DNA of 64,000 bases from Minisyncoccota bacterium (GTDB lineage Bacteria > Patescibacteriota > Minisyncoccia > Phycocordibacterales > JABAAK01), in NCBI GenBank assembly GCA_965222235.1, contig OZ244939.1:184585-248584 (forward strand), written 5' to 3'. Both the position numbers and the translations under genes were made by a program. Below, piece after piece: positions 1 through 10,039 of the stretch. The notes under the pieces are model-generated. The model saw nothing but the letters and a program-made list of their open reading frames with translations, did not search any database and was not told the DNA's origin. The stretch's first letter is position 1. Each line of letters begins with the position of its first letter.

Positions 1-40
1 CGTCAGCGTCCTGCAGCACAGCGAAGGAGCGTAGGCAGGC

Positions 41-1402
41 TTACAGACGCTCCTGAATATAGCCGGCAAGATCGCTGATAGACACGCGCTCCTGCTCCAT
101 TGAATCACGGCGGCGGACGGTCACGGTATTGTCATTCATCGTGTCATAATCCACGGTCACCGCAAACGGTGTGCCGATTTCATCAGCGCGGCGATACCGT
201 TTTCCGATCGTCCCGGTGTCGTCATAATACACATTGAAATGAGGGGCAAGTGCGGTATATATCTCACGAGCTTTTTCCGGATGCCCGTCTTTTCGCATGA
301 GAGGAAGAGTAGCCGCGGTCATCGGTGCAATGGACGGTTTCAGGCGCAGTACAGTCCGCTCACTGCCGTCGGGCAGTTCTTCAACGGCATATGCATCGCA
401 GATAACAGCAAGGAACAGGCGGCCGACGCCGATTGATGTTTCAATAATATGAGGGAGGATATGCTCATTGGTGTCCCGGTCAAAGTAGGTTAACTGAACG
501 CCGGATTCCCGCGTGTGCTGCGTCAGATCATAGTTTCCCCGGTCATGAATACCCTCCAATTCCTTCCAGCCGAACGGATACCGATATTCAATATCTTCCG
601 CCGCTGCGGCATAGAATACCAGCCGCTCATGCGGCACCGACCGCAGAAAATCTTTCCGTATGCCGAGTCCCCGCAGGCTTTCCAGGCGAAGAGTGCGAAA
701 TTCCTCAAAAAATCTTTTTCTGTCTGATTCATTGATAAAATACTGCATTTCCATCTGTTCAAACTCCCGGGTGCGAAACAGAAACTGCCGGGGCGATATT
801 TCATTGCGGAACGCCTTGCCAATCTGCGCAATACCGAACGGCAATTTCATATGCATACTATCAAGCACCTGCTTAAAGTTCACATATATCCCCTGACAGG
901 TTTCGCCGCGCAGATAGACCTGATCAGCACCGTCCGCAGATCCTACATCTGTCGTCACCAGTAAATTTTGAAATTCCGGCTCGCTCAAATCTTTAGAATT
1001 GCAGCCCTCAACAGATATATCTTTTCTGTGCTGGGCGAATATATCACGGAATTCATCGGGCGCCATGCGCTCATCCGCTGCCACACCGATCGCTTCAAGC
1101 AGATGATCCGCGCGGAACCGTTTACCTGTTTTTGTGCAGGTGACGACGGGATCCGAGAAATTCTTCGTATGTCCCGAAGCATCCCACACATTCGGGTGCA
1201 TAACAATTCCGGCATCAAGACCGATAATGTCGGGGCGCGTACGCACCATCGTATTCCACCAGTCACGCTTCAGATTATTCGCCAGTTCAACGCCGAGAGG
1301 TCCGTAATCATACACACCGCCGAAACCGCCGTATATCTCAGACGACGGGAATATAAATCCCCGCCGTTTTGCAAATATCACTATATCCTCAAGGCTGTGC
1401 AT
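41..1402 (-). CDS. glyQS: glycyl-tRNA synthetase, class II homodimeric (alpha2) type
   Basis: Translation contains GlyRS-typical FAKRRGFIFPSSEIYGGFGGVYDYGPLG and class II motifs. The start is placed at the internal Met (MHSLEDIV) to avoid overlap with the upstream gene. The ORF track extends to 1480. Confidence 0.88.
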   Translation of the reverse strand: MHSLEDIVIFAKRRGFIFPSSEIYGGFGGVYDYGPLGVELANNLKRDWWNTMVRTRPDIIGLDAGIVMHPNVWDASGHTKNFSDPVVTCTKTGKRFRADHLLEAIGVAADERMAPDEFRDIFAQHRKDISVEGCNSKDLSEPEFQNLLVTTDVGSADGADQVYLRGETCQGIYVNFKQVLDSMHMKLPFGIAQIGKAFRNEISPRQFLFRTREFEQMEMQYFINESDRKRFFEEFRTLRLESLRGLGIRKDFLRSVPHERLVFYAAAAEDIEYRYPFGWKELEGIHDRGNYDLTQHTRESGVQLTYFDRDTNEHILPHIIETSIGVGRLFLAVICDAYAVEELPDGSERTVLRLKPSIAPMTAATLPLMRKDGHPEKAREIYTALAPHFNVYYDDTGTIGKRYRRADEIGTPFAVTVDYDTMNDNTVTVRRRDSMEQERVSISDLAGYIQERL

Positions 1403-1454
1403 GCCGCCAGTATACCATCCGGCGGCGGAATAAAGGGTCCGAGAATCAGACACG

Positions 1455-2399
1455 CTACAATGACCGGGGAGGAGAGGCATAGATGCCCCCGCTGTATGAA
1501 AGCAGCATCTTCTTCATGTCTTCAAAACGGCCGGAGCGGGTTGACCCGAGCACAACAAATGCAAGTTTGACACCCCCCTGCTCCGTGACCATGATAAGTG
1601 TGCCGGCGGCGATGTCGGTATATCCGGTCTTAGAGAGCAGTATCCGTTCAGGCACCCGGCCGAGCAGTATATTCGTATTCTCCGCGCCGTACCGAACACC
1701 GTGCCGGGAATAGAAGACCTTTTCTTTCTGCGTTGTCAACGCCGCAAAATCGGGCTGTGTCGCGACAATAATTCCTGCCAGCTTCGCAAGATCAAGTGCG
1801 GAACTTTCCGAACCCGCAAGCGTACTGTGCGTGTCTAATCCGGTCGGATTGATGAAGTGGGTCTGTACCAATGCGTTCTGCCGGGCAAATGCATTCATGA
1901 GAGTGACGAGAGAAACGCCGGTTTTTTCTTCAATGGTGCGGCCGACTGCGTTAATCCCCCGGTTTGAAGAGGTCATGATTGAATATTCAAGCAGCTGCGC
2001 GGTACGCCATGTATCGCCGAGCTGCAGCGGTGTATTTGCCGTCACCCGAAAGTCAGTCTCATCAAGTGTGGTGAGATCATCATCATTGAGGCGCGGATAC
2101 GCAAGCAGTGCCGCAGTCAGTTTTGTTATCGACGCAATTGATTTCAGTTCATTAATGTTTTTTCCCGCGACAACCGAATCATCGGTGATATTGTACACGA
2201 TAGCCGCATCAGCGGTCACTTCATCAGTGATGCGGTAATATTCCTCCTTCTCATGTGGCTTAATGACAAAATCCTCCCTGGTGAACAGGCTGACGGAAAA
2301 AACCAGCAAACTCGCAACGACAAAAAACAGACAGACAAGACGGCACACTGTCGTTTGATTCATGCTCATTATGCGCAGTATACCACGCCCATATTTCAC
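1455..2399 (-). CDS. D-alanyl-D-alanine carboxypeptidase (serine-type, PBP5/6 family)
   Basis: N-terminal signal/TM segment. Contains the SxxK (ASITK), SxN (SSN) and KTG motifs of penicillin-binding serine peptidases. Confidence 0.75.
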   Translation of the reverse strand: MKYGRGILRIMSMNQTTVCRLVCLFFVVASLLVFSVSLFTREDFVIKPHEKEEYYRITDEVTADAAIVYNITDDSVVAGKNINELKSIASITKLTAALLAYPRLNDDDLTTLDETDFRVTANTPLQLGDTWRTAQLLEYSIMTSSNRGINAVGRTIEEKTGVSLVTLMNAFARQNALVQTHFINPTGLDTHSTLAGSESSALDLAKLAGIIVATQPDFAALTTQKEKVFYSRHGVRYGAENTNILLGRVPERILLSKTGYTDIAAGTLIMVTEQGGVKLAFVVLGSTRSGRFEDMKKMLLSYSGGIYASPPRSL

Positions 2400-2938
2400 T
2401 CATTCATTTTTTCTTTGGTCGTACGGATGCCGTTTTGAATTGAGCGGCGAATTGTTTCATAGTCCGGCAGATCCCCCGCGCTTCGGAGACCGAGATGCGC
2501 CAAAAAATCGGTTGTCACGGCGAACAGTTTCCGGCCGCCTTCCTTTTTCTGTTCCTGTATCAGACCGCGCATGGCGAGGCGGCGTACTGCGTACTGCGCG
2601 TTCACTCCGCGAAGAAAATCAATATCAACCTTTGCGATCGGCCCGGCATACGCGATGATAGCGAGGGTCTCCTGCGATGATTTGGAGAGCGGTATGGTAC
2701 GATCTTCCTTCTGCGCCCGTTCTATAAACTCCGCGAGTGCGGGACCGGTCGCAAGCGTCACCTGTGCCCCGTCATCAATGAGTGTCACGCCGCTGCCCTC
2801 GCACAGATCTGCAAACTGTTTGAGCAGCTGCTCAATCTTTTCGCCCGAACAATTCATATGCGCCGCCAGACGCTTCTTCGGCACCGGCGCACCGCTGATA
2901 AAAAGAAGTGCCTGTAATTGTGCAAGTGCGGTGTTCAT
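2396..2938 (-). CDS. scpB: segregation and condensation protein B
   Basis: ScpB-like winged-helix protein of about 180 aa with a 4-bp overlap to upstream scpA. The classic scpA-scpB pair. Confidence 0.8.
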   Translation of the reverse strand: MNTALAQLQALLFISGAPVPKKRLAAHMNCSGEKIEQLLKQFADLCEGSGVTLIDDGAQVTLATGPALAEFIERAQKEDRTIPLSKSSQETLAIIAYAGPIAKVDIDFLRGVNAQYAVRRLAMRGLIQEQKKEGGRKLFAVTTDFLAHLGLRSAGDLPDYETIRRSIQNGIRTTKEKMNE

Positions 2939-3678
2939 GTGTTCTGTTCCTCCTTCACCAACAGAATATCATCAAATTGTCCGTCCTGCCGTGCCAGCAG
3001 CAGGTCTTTCCGCATGAGCTCAAGGATTGCGAGAAAGGAAAGAATCTTTTCCTCTTTATTCCTGCCCGAAGAAAACTCCCGGAATGATGTCCTGATCCGT
3101 TCGCTGACAGTCGTAAGCACATTCTCTATCACCTCCCCCAGCGATATCACCCTGCCCACATTCCTGCGGGGCGGCGTTTTGAGAAACGAAAGATCATTGA
3201 TGACCGCCCGGGCGTTCCGCTGCAGACCCTCAACCGTACACGACGCATCGGGAGAAAATATAACGTTCCGAACCTGCCGGGGCGGACAGACGGGGAATGA
3301 CCGCCGTCTCCAGGTACTCAGTGCGGGTATTGCGTGCGTCCGGATATAATCAAACAGTTTCATTCGCTCCTCCAGTATGACCACATCTCCTTCCTCCTCT
3401 TTAGTGTATTCAAGGAGCGGCAACAGTGATTTTGATTTGATAAATATGAGAATGGAGGCAATGTGCACGAACCGGGCAATTTCTTCCGCTGGCACGGCGG
3501 ACATTTTCTGTATATGGGCGATATAGTCAGCAGTAACTTTTGCCAATGAAATGGTGTTAATCTGCAGCTTTCTCTTTTCCACTAACTGATGCAGCAGATC
3601 AAGCGGTCCCTGAAACTGATCAAGGGAAATGATATACTCAGTGTCCGTTGTGCTATTCATCATACAGTCGTGTATCAA
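2935..3678 (-). CDS. scpA: segregation and condensation protein A
   Basis: N-terminal FQGPLDLLHQLV kleisin motif typical of ScpA. Immediately upstream of scpB. Confidence 0.82.
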   Translation of the reverse strand: MIHDCMMNSTTDTEYIISLDQFQGPLDLLHQLVEKRKLQINTISLAKVTADYIAHIQKMSAVPAEEIARFVHIASILIFIKSKSLLPLLEYTKEEEGDVVILEERMKLFDYIRTHAIPALSTWRRRSFPVCPPRQVRNVIFSPDASCTVEGLQRNARAVINDLSFLKTPPRRNVGRVISLGEVIENVLTTVSERIRTSFREFSSGRNKEEKILSFLAILELMRKDLLLARQDGQFDDILLVKEEQNT

Positions 3679-4990
3679 TGCGTCCGCGGTCGCGGGGAAA
3701 CATCGCCGCCTCTTTGACGTTTACAATGCCGACCATTTTCGCGGTGAGGCGCTCAAGCCCGATCGCCATGCCTCCGTGCGGCGGCATGCCGTATTTGAAT
3801 GCCTGAAGGTAAAAGGCGAAAGTCTTTTCCGGATCCACGTCCGGCAGTTTCTGCCGAATCTTTTCCGTCAGAGTGCCGTAGTCATGTATGCGCTGTCCCC
3901 CGCTGCTGATCTCCACACCCCGAAACAGCAGGTCAAAACTTTTGGTATACCCCGGATCATCGCGGTCCTCATAGACATACATCGGTCGTTTCTCAACCGG
4001 ATAGTGAGTGATAAAGATGAAATCGGAGGAGTGTGTTTTGAGCGCATATTCGCACAGCATCCGTTCATGCTCCGGTGCGAGGTCCGGCTCCCCTTCGCAC
4101 GAAGTGCCGTACTCCCGTTCAAGAATCTGCTGCGCCTCACGCAGCTTCATGACCGGAAACGGCTTTTCCGGGAGCACCGGGAATTCGGCGTTAAGAACCG
4201 CGTACTCCTTCGCCGCATGCCGCTTCAGCATTTCAACAATGTGCCGCATACATCCTTCAAGCATGCGCATGACATCGGTGTGGTCGGTGATATATCCCAT
4301 TTCAAAATCAAGACTGGTGTATTCATTGAGATGGCGGGACGTGTTATGCTTCTCCGCCCGGAACGCCTCGGCAACGCAAAAAACCCGCTCAAAGACGCCG
4401 ACTAATAATTGTTTGTAAAGCTGCGGGCTGGTCGCCAACGATGCCTGTTTGTCAAAATAGTTCACTGAAAAAACCTCGGCGCCGCCCTCGGCATCCCCGC
4501 CGACAATGCTCGGCGCTTGAAATTCTACAAAATCCTGCCCGTTCAGATATTCCCGAAACCCTCTGAGAATCTGCGCCTGCACACGAAACAGGGCGCGATC
4601 CGTCTGACGACGCAGGGTAATCGGACGGTAGTCAAACTTGGTGTCAATGTTAATATCCGCCTCTATATCAAACGGCAATTCATCGGCGCGGGCAAGTACG
4701 GAAAACGATTCAATGACAAATTCAATCATGCCGTTTTCCTCCTCGGTCCTGTTTTTTTCCGGCCGCTCTTTGACTGTGCCGGTAATGCTCATGACGCTTT
4801 CCGGGGACAATTTCTGCGCCTCGGCAAAATCACCGTGCGAAGCGGCAATGAAACACTGAACGGCGGCGGAGCGGTCGCTGAGCGTTATGAAGACAATTTT
4901 TCCGTGATCCCGCAGGGCGGCAACCTTCCCCGCCACGGTAACCGTCGACCCAATGTGATCTTTCAATGTTGCGATAAGATGTCGTTCCAT
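3653..4990 (-). CDS. aspartyl/asparaginyl-tRNA synthetase (class IIb; AsnRS or archaeal-type AspRS)
   Basis: N-terminal OB-fold anticodon-binding domain. Class II motif 2 FRAEKHNTSRHLNEYTSLDFEM and motif 3 GGMAIGLERL. Asp versus Asn specificity cannot be decided by eye. Confidence 0.8.
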   Translation of the reverse strand: MERHLIATLKDHIGSTVTVAGKVAALRDHGKIVFITLSDRSAAVQCFIAASHGDFAEAQKLSPESVMSITGTVKERPEKNRTEEENGMIEFVIESFSVLARADELPFDIEADINIDTKFDYRPITLRRQTDRALFRVQAQILRGFREYLNGQDFVEFQAPSIVGGDAEGGAEVFSVNYFDKQASLATSPQLYKQLLVGVFERVFCVAEAFRAEKHNTSRHLNEYTSLDFEMGYITDHTDVMRMLEGCMRHIVEMLKRHAAKEYAVLNAEFPVLPEKPFPVMKLREAQQILEREYGTSCEGEPDLAPEHERMLCEYALKTHSSDFIFITHYPVEKRPMYVYEDRDDPGYTKSFDLLFRGVEISSGGQRIHDYGTLTEKIRQKLPDVDPEKTFAFYLQAFKYGMPPHGGMAIGLERLTAKMVGIVNVKEAAMFPRDRGRIDTRLYDE

Positions 4991-5023
4991 ATATGTCAGT
5001 GTAGCATGGGCGCGGTTTGAGAT

Positions 5024-6037
5024 TCATCCGAATAATCCCCTGTTGTGCACCGCAAGACCGAGCAGATTGCGGATGTCATTGAGCCGACCGGTGAGCATCG
5101 TGTCAACCTTTTTCCGGTGCCGGCCTATGACACGGTCAATATATGCCGTATCTTTTTCCATAGCCGCGTATCGTTTCCGCTGCGTCTTAAAGTATGCAAA
5201 GTAGGTGTCGGCAAGCAGATCTTTCAGTTCCTGATAGGTTATTGATCCGTTCAGACATTTGTTCTCCACATCGCCGTATTCTTCCGACGACATAAGCAGT
5301 TTGAGATATGTGCATATGATGCAGTCATCAGCCGGTATGGGGCTGCCTGCGGGCGTTGAGTCCGTCACGATGGCGGATATCTTTTTCCGTACAGTGTCTT
5401 CGCTGCCGAAGATGGAGAGCGTGTTATTCTTTGACTTGCTCATTTTCTCTCCGTCAATGCCGGGAACAACCGCCGTTTCTTCTATAACTTTTTCCTGCGG
5501 TTCCTTGAAATACTGAGTTCCGGTAAGAAGGTTGAACTTCCGGGCAATCTCCCGGGTAATTTCCACATGCTGTATCTGATCTTTGCCGACCGGCACAATC
5601 TCTGCGCCGGGCAGGAGAATATCAGCCGCCATCAGCACCGGGTACATAAATATGCCGAGTCCGACCTGCTCTTCGCGCTGCTGCGCATCCTTGTATGCGT
5701 GCCCGATGGTGAGAAACTGATGTTTCAGCAGACAGCTGAATATCCAGGTCAGCTCGGCAATCTGCGGAAATTCCGACTGCCGGTATATAATCGTTCGCTT
5801 CGGATCTATGCCGAGGGCGATATATGCCCGAATAGTGTCATATGACATCCGCGCAAAGGTTTCGGCGCTGTGCCGTTTATTGTCATCACTGAAATCAGTG
5901 AGTGCATGCAAATCTGCGAGGAACATAACGAGATTTCCCTGCTCCTGCAGATCAACCATCTGGCGAATGGTACCGAAATAGTTGCCGAGATGGATGCCCC
6001 CCGTCGGCTTAATTCCGGTGAGTGTGAGTTCCGTCAT
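5024..6037 (-). CDS. trpS: tryptophanyl-tRNA synthetase
   Basis: Class I Rossmann signature TGGIHLGNY (HIGH-like) and KMSKS (GEKMSKSKNN). Start taken at the internal Met (MTELTLTGIKPTG). Confidence 0.88.
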   Translation of the reverse strand: MTELTLTGIKPTGGIHLGNYFGTIRQMVDLQEQGNLVMFLADLHALTDFSDDNKRHSAETFARMSYDTIRAYIALGIDPKRTIIYRQSEFPQIAELTWIFSCLLKHQFLTIGHAYKDAQQREEQVGLGIFMYPVLMAADILLPGAEIVPVGKDQIQHVEITREIARKFNLLTGTQYFKEPQEKVIEETAVVPGIDGEKMSKSKNNTLSIFGSEDTVRKKISAIVTDSTPAGSPIPADDCIICTYLKLLMSSEEYGDVENKCLNGSITYQELKDLLADTYFAYFKTQRKRYAAMEKDTAYIDRVIGRHRKKVDTMLTGRLNDIRNLLGLAVHNRGLFG

Positions 6038-6058
6038 ATATACGGCAGTGTAGCACAC

Positions 6059-6469
6059 CTATCGTTTGCTCCATTGCGGCGCACGGCGTGCTTTGCGGAG
6101 TCCGAACTTTTTACGCTCCTTCTTCCTCGGATCCCGGGTCAGAAAACCGAGATTCTTGAAATACTTCCTGTCTTCCGGATTATGCGCGACAAGTACGCGC
6201 GTCAGTCCGTGACGGATTGCTTCGGCATGCGATGCGATACCGCCGCCCTTCACCACAACAGTTGCGCCGAGCTCCTGATATTCGTCCTTCTCCCGCAACG
6301 GCTGCAGCGCTTTTGTAATAAGCTCAACGGTGGGCAAATACTGTTCTATGGGTCTGCCGTTTACGGTAACCCCCTTCACAATTTTGGAGACGCGCACGCG
6401 GGCGACGGCGGTCTTGCGCCTGCCGACTGCTTCTATATATCCCCCCCGCTGTATCTGATTCTCCGCCAT
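6059..6469 (-). CDS. rpsI: 30S ribosomal protein S9
   Basis: Conserved S9 sequence with the typical C-terminal ...RRAPQWSKR. Confidence 0.95.
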   Translation of the reverse strand: MAENQIQRGGYIEAVGRRKTAVARVRVSKIVKGVTVNGRPIEQYLPTVELITKALQPLREKDEYQELGATVVVKGGGIASHAEAIRHGLTRVLVAHNPEDRKYFKNLGFLTRDPRKKERKKFGLRKARRAPQWSKR

Positions 6470-6472
6470 ATG

Positions 6473-6832
6473 TTATCCCTGTATCTGTATTTTCTTCATT
6501 TTTTCCGTCCGAAGCCGGTTGTCCGGTAGCATACCATACACCGCCCTGCGAAGCACCTCGCCGTATCCTTTCTTTGTAATGACCTGGGCAAGCGTTTCCT
6601 CACGCCGCCCGCCGAAGTAGCCGCTATAACGGTCATACACCTTCTCTTTCTTTTTCTTTTCACTGATGTGCATACGGGATGCATGTTCAACCTTCACCCG
6701 GACATTCGGCGCCTGATTCGGTGCGTACACGACAGTATCCTTGCCGTTGACTATGTCGGCGATCTCCGAAGCAAGCCGGCCCGGTCGCTTTCCTGTTGCA
6801 TCAAGAGTAATTGTTCGCATTTCATTTTTCAT
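6473..6832 (-). CDS. rplM: 50S ribosomal protein L13
   Basis: Conserved L13 sequence forming the rplM-rpsI pair. Confidence 0.93.
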   Translation of the reverse strand: MKNEMRTITLDATGKRPGRLASEIADIVNGKDTVVYAPNQAPNVRVKVEHASRMHISEKKKKEKVYDRYSGYFGGRREETLAQVITKKGYGEVLRRAVYGMLPDNRLRTEKMKKIQIQG

Positions 6833-6834
6833 AC

Positions 6835-7188
6835 TTATACAAATTCAATGACGGCGGCGGTACGCCCTGATCCCTGCCGCGGTTCAACCTTTATCACCCG
6901 TGTATACCCGCCTTTTCTGTCTTTATACTTCGGCCCCAGTTCGTCAAGAAGATTCTTCGCCACCGCCTTGTCATTGTTAAACCGGGCAAGTATCATTCTT
7001 CGCGTTATCAGATCATTGTTTGCCGATCTTGTTACCAGTTTTTCAATATACGGACGGAGGCTTTTTGCCCGCGCTTCGGTTGTTGCAATGCGCTTATGCA
7101 GTATTATTGACCGCGCGAGAGAACGCATCAGCTGCCGACGCTGACCCTGTTTTCGTCCGAATTTTCTTCCTGTGTTCTGGTATGCCAT
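6835..7188 (-). CDS. rplQ: 50S ribosomal protein L17
   Basis: L17 signature (RKFGRKQGQRRQLMRSLARSII...) placed downstream of rpoA as in the alpha operon. Confidence 0.93.
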   Translation of the reverse strand: MAYQNTGRKFGRKQGQRRQLMRSLARSIILHKRIATTEARAKSLRPYIEKLVTRSANNDLITRRMILARFNNDKAVAKNLLDELGPKYKDRKGGYTRVIKVEPRQGSGRTAAVIEFV

Positions 7189-7194
7189 ATATAT

Positions 7195-8133
7195 TTACTC
7201 GTCCTTCAGTACGATTCCCTTATCCTCCAGACGGCTCTTAATCTCCTCAACAGCCTTTGAACCGATGCCCGGTATATCCCGAATGCCGATTACCCCCTTC
7301 TTCAGAATGTCCATAACAGTCTTAATATTGTTTCTTTCAAGAATAGTGACCACGCTCGCACTCAGCTCAAGATCTTTGATGTCAATCACTCTCATGCTGT
7401 CCTCAACCTCTTTCTGCATTTTCTTTTCTCCCGTATCCGCCTGAAAACTGAGCATTGCCTCAAACTGGGAAATCATCGTTCGAATTGCCTTTTCCAGCGC
7501 TTCGCGCGGCGTAATAGTACCGTCTGTTTCAATAAATATGCTGAGACGGTTAAAATCGGTCCGGTCGCCCACGCGCATGTTCTGCACTTCATATGATGAA
7601 CGCTTCACCGGGGAGAAAATTGCGTCAACAACAATTGAGCCGATGGATGCGTCCTCGCCCAATTCCTCGCGGGGACGAAAGCCGATCCCCGTGTGAACAT
7701 CCGCTTCAATGTGCAATTCTCCCCTGTCATCGGTAATTTCGGCAATGACCAAATCCTTGTTCATAATTTCAAGCTGTGACGGGGCCTCAAAATCATTCGC
7801 GGTGATAACACCCTTCCCTTTCTTCTTCAGAGTAATGGTCTGAGGAAATACATCGGTATTCGCTCTCACCCGTATATTTTTCATATTGATGATAATGGTG
7901 AGAACATCCGGCTGAACGCCGTCTATTGTTGAGAACTCGTGCGGTGCGCCCTGAACGCGGATAGTGGTGATAGCGGCACCGGGTATTGATGAGAGCAGCA
8001 TGCGGCGAAGCGCGTTGCCGAGCGTGTTGCCGTATCCGGGGTAGAGTCCGGATATTTCATAGGTACCTTCCATTTCCGTTTCATGAAGCATCTCCGGTTT
8101 TGAGGGGATTGCAATGGTTATATACTCTGTCAT
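7195..8133 (-). CDS. rpoA: DNA-directed RNA polymerase subunit alpha
   Basis: Alpha-subunit N-terminal dimerisation domain (GYGNTLGNALRRMLLSSIPGAAIT) and C-terminal domain, in alpha-operon context. Confidence 0.95.
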   Translation of the reverse strand: MTEYITIAIPSKPEMLHETEMEGTYEISGLYPGYGNTLGNALRRMLLSSIPGAAITTIRVQGAPHEFSTIDGVQPDVLTIIINMKNIRVRANTDVFPQTITLKKKGKGVITANDFEAPSQLEIMNKDLVIAEITDDRGELHIEADVHTGIGFRPREELGEDASIGSIVVDAIFSPVKRSSYEVQNMRVGDRTDFNRLSIFIETDGTITPREALEKAIRTMISQFEAMLSFQADTGEKKMQKEVEDSMRVIDIKDLELSASVVTILERNNIKTVMDILKKGVIGIRDIPGIGSKAVEEIKSRLEDKGIVLKDE

Positions 8134-8165
8134 ATGGTTTCTTGTGAAGTAGTAATAGTATTGAG

Positions 8166-8765
8166 CTAACGGGAGTAGTACTCAAGAATGATGGGGAGTG
8201 AAAAAATATCATCGTCAGTGGCGGGTTTGTCCGCCACACCCCCCTGGTGTGTTTTGCTGTCCCAGGACACCCATCCCACTCGCGGACGCACACCGCTCCC
8301 TGCAAGCATGGTGCGGAACAGGGTGGTTGTGGTGCTGCCTTCGCGAATGCCGACCACATCACTGTTGCGTACCTGATATGACGGAACGGACACCTTCCGT
8401 CCGTTGACCGTGAAGTGGCCGTGCGACACCATCTGACGTGCCATGCGCCGGGTGGGCGCCAGCCCGAGCTGATAGACAACATTATCCAGACGCCGCTCTA
8501 ATATCTCCGCAAGCGCCCCTTCCGCGGATGCTCCCGTCGTCGCGAGCGCTTTTTTGACATACTTCTTCAGAACCCGCTCCGAAATACTGTACAGGTACCG
8601 CACTTTCTGCTTCTCGACAAGCTGTTTACCGTAGTCAGAAATGCCGCGGCGTCGGTGTTTCGGCGGACGACGCTGTTCGCGGAGGATAAACTTCTGCGAT
8701 TGGCATTTCTCGAACAAAGGTGCTTTCAGACGGCGACTGATTTTATATTTCTTTACCTGTTTCAT
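8166..8765 (-). CDS. rpsD: 30S ribosomal protein S4
   Basis: S4 N-terminal and S4 RNA-binding domain sequence in the alpha operon. Confidence 0.93.
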   Translation of the reverse strand: MKQVKKYKISRRLKAPLFEKCQSQKFILREQRRPPKHRRRGISDYGKQLVEKQKVRYLYSISERVLKKYVKKALATTGASAEGALAEILERRLDNVVYQLGLAPTRRMARQMVSHGHFTVNGRKVSVPSYQVRNSDVVGIREGSTTTTLFRTMLAGSGVRPRVGWVSWDSKTHQGGVADKPATDDDIFSLPIILEYYSR

Positions 8766-8768
8766 ATG

Positions 8769-9206
8769 CTATACACGGCGTGGTTTCTTTCTGCGGGGAC
8801 CATTGTGCGGCACCGGCGTCCTGTCCCGTATGGAATGAATGGCAAACCCGCGGTTCAGGAATGAGCGGATTGCGGATTCCCGGCCGCCGCCGACACCTTT
8901 GACAACAATGTCAATATCCTTAACGCCGACAGCAACCGCCTTTTCAGCTATCGCATCAGCGACTTTTGCCGCTGCGTACGGTGTTGCTTTTTTAGCACTA
9001 CTGAAACCGAGTGTGCTGCTGGTTACCCACATCACCACATTCCCGTTCGTTTCGGTGAACAATACTCGTGTATTGTTGAATGTCGCCTCAATGAAGACAA
9101 TACCCTTGCTGATTTTTTTCTTGGGTATTTTTGAGAGCACCCGGGACCGCTTCCCGGAATCATTCCTATTCTGCTCAACCTTATTTGCCGTCCGTTTCTT
9201 TCCCAT
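8769..9206 (-). CDS. rpsK: 30S ribosomal protein S11
   Basis: Conserved S11 core (GIVFIEATFNNTRV...SSTLGFSSAKKATPYAA). Confidence 0.95.
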   Translation of the reverse strand: MGKKRTANKVEQNRNDSGKRSRVLSKIPKKKISKGIVFIEATFNNTRVLFTETNGNVVMWVTSSTLGFSSAKKATPYAAAKVADAIAEKAVAVGVKDIDIVVKGVGGGRESAIRSFLNRGFAIHSIRDRTPVPHNGPRRKKPRRV

Positions 9207-9212
9207 ATATCA

Positions 9213-9590
9213 CTATTTCTTCTGCAGCTTCACTCGTCCTGATCCCATGGTCTTTCTCGGTCCCTTGCGGGTGCGCGCATTGGTCTTAGTTTTCTGACCG
9301 CGCACCGGCAATCCCGCACTGTGGCGGCTGCCGCGCAATGTTCGCATGTCTTTCAGACGCTTGATGTCCTGTGCGACTGAACGGCGGAGGTCGCCCTCAA
9401 TGAGGAATGATTCCATCTTTTTTCGTACGGCGGTTTCCTGATCCGCCGAGAGGTCGTGCACCGTTGATGACGGGGCTATGGTAAGATCCTGCAGAATTGT
9501 CGCGGCACGTGGACGACCTATCCCGTACACAACGGTTAACGCTACTGATAGGTGTTTTTTTTCAGGTATATTTATTCCGGCAATACGCAT
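9213..9590 (-). CDS. rpsM: 30S ribosomal protein S13
   Basis: S13 N-terminus MRIAGINIPEKK. Start adjusted to that Met. Confidence 0.93.
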   Translation of the reverse strand: MRIAGINIPEKKHLSVALTVVYGIGRPRAATILQDLTIAPSSTVHDLSADQETAVRKKMESFLIEGDLRRSVAQDIKRLKDMRTLRGSRHSAGLPVRGQKTKTNARTRKGPRKTMGSGRVKLQKK

Positions 9591-9595
9591 ATATA

Positions 9596-9712
9596 TCATT
9601 TCTGCCGCATCTTTCTGCGGGGGTTTACTTTATTAATGAGATACAAACGCCCTTTTCGACGCACAATCTTATCATGTCTGTCTCGTTTTTTAATGGAGGT
9701 TCGTACCTTCAT
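9596..9712 (-). CDS. rpmJ: 50S ribosomal protein L36
   Basis: Found by hand translation, not in the ORF track because it is under 60 aa. Reads [38 protein letters not shown] between infA and rpsM. Confidence 0.85.
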   Translation of the reverse strand: MKVRTSIKKRDRHDKIVRRKGRLYLINKVNPRRKMRQK

Positions 9713-9736
9713 GTGTTTCTTTCTTTATGTATCTAA

Positions 9737-9952
9737 TCAAAGGCGGGAAACGATACGTGCTCGTTCGCTTTGTGCATCTAAAACCAACGAAACTTTATCT
9801 CCTACAAGAACCTTGATGTGGTTCTTGCGCATTCGCCCTGACAGGTAAGCAAGTACTTGATTATCTGTTCCTTCCACGGTAACGCGAAAAAGCGTGTTCG
9901 GGAGCGTTTCAGTAACACTGCCTATGACCTCATCTTGTGTTCTCTTTTTCAT
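9737..9952 (-). CDS. infA: translation initiation factor IF-1
   Basis: S1-like OB fold (GSVTETLPNTLFRVTVEGTDNQVLAYLSGRMRKNHIKVLVGDKV). Start at MKKRTQDE. Confidence 0.9.
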   Translation of the reverse strand: MKKRTQDEVIGSVTETLPNTLFRVTVEGTDNQVLAYLSGRMRKNHIKVLVGDKVSLVLDAQSERARIVSRL

Positions 9953-10039
9953 TGTTACAATGGATAGATAAATCATACCATACATAACAAATATCGTGCA
10001 AGACAGGTGGAAAATAGACAGAATAAAAAATAGATTATA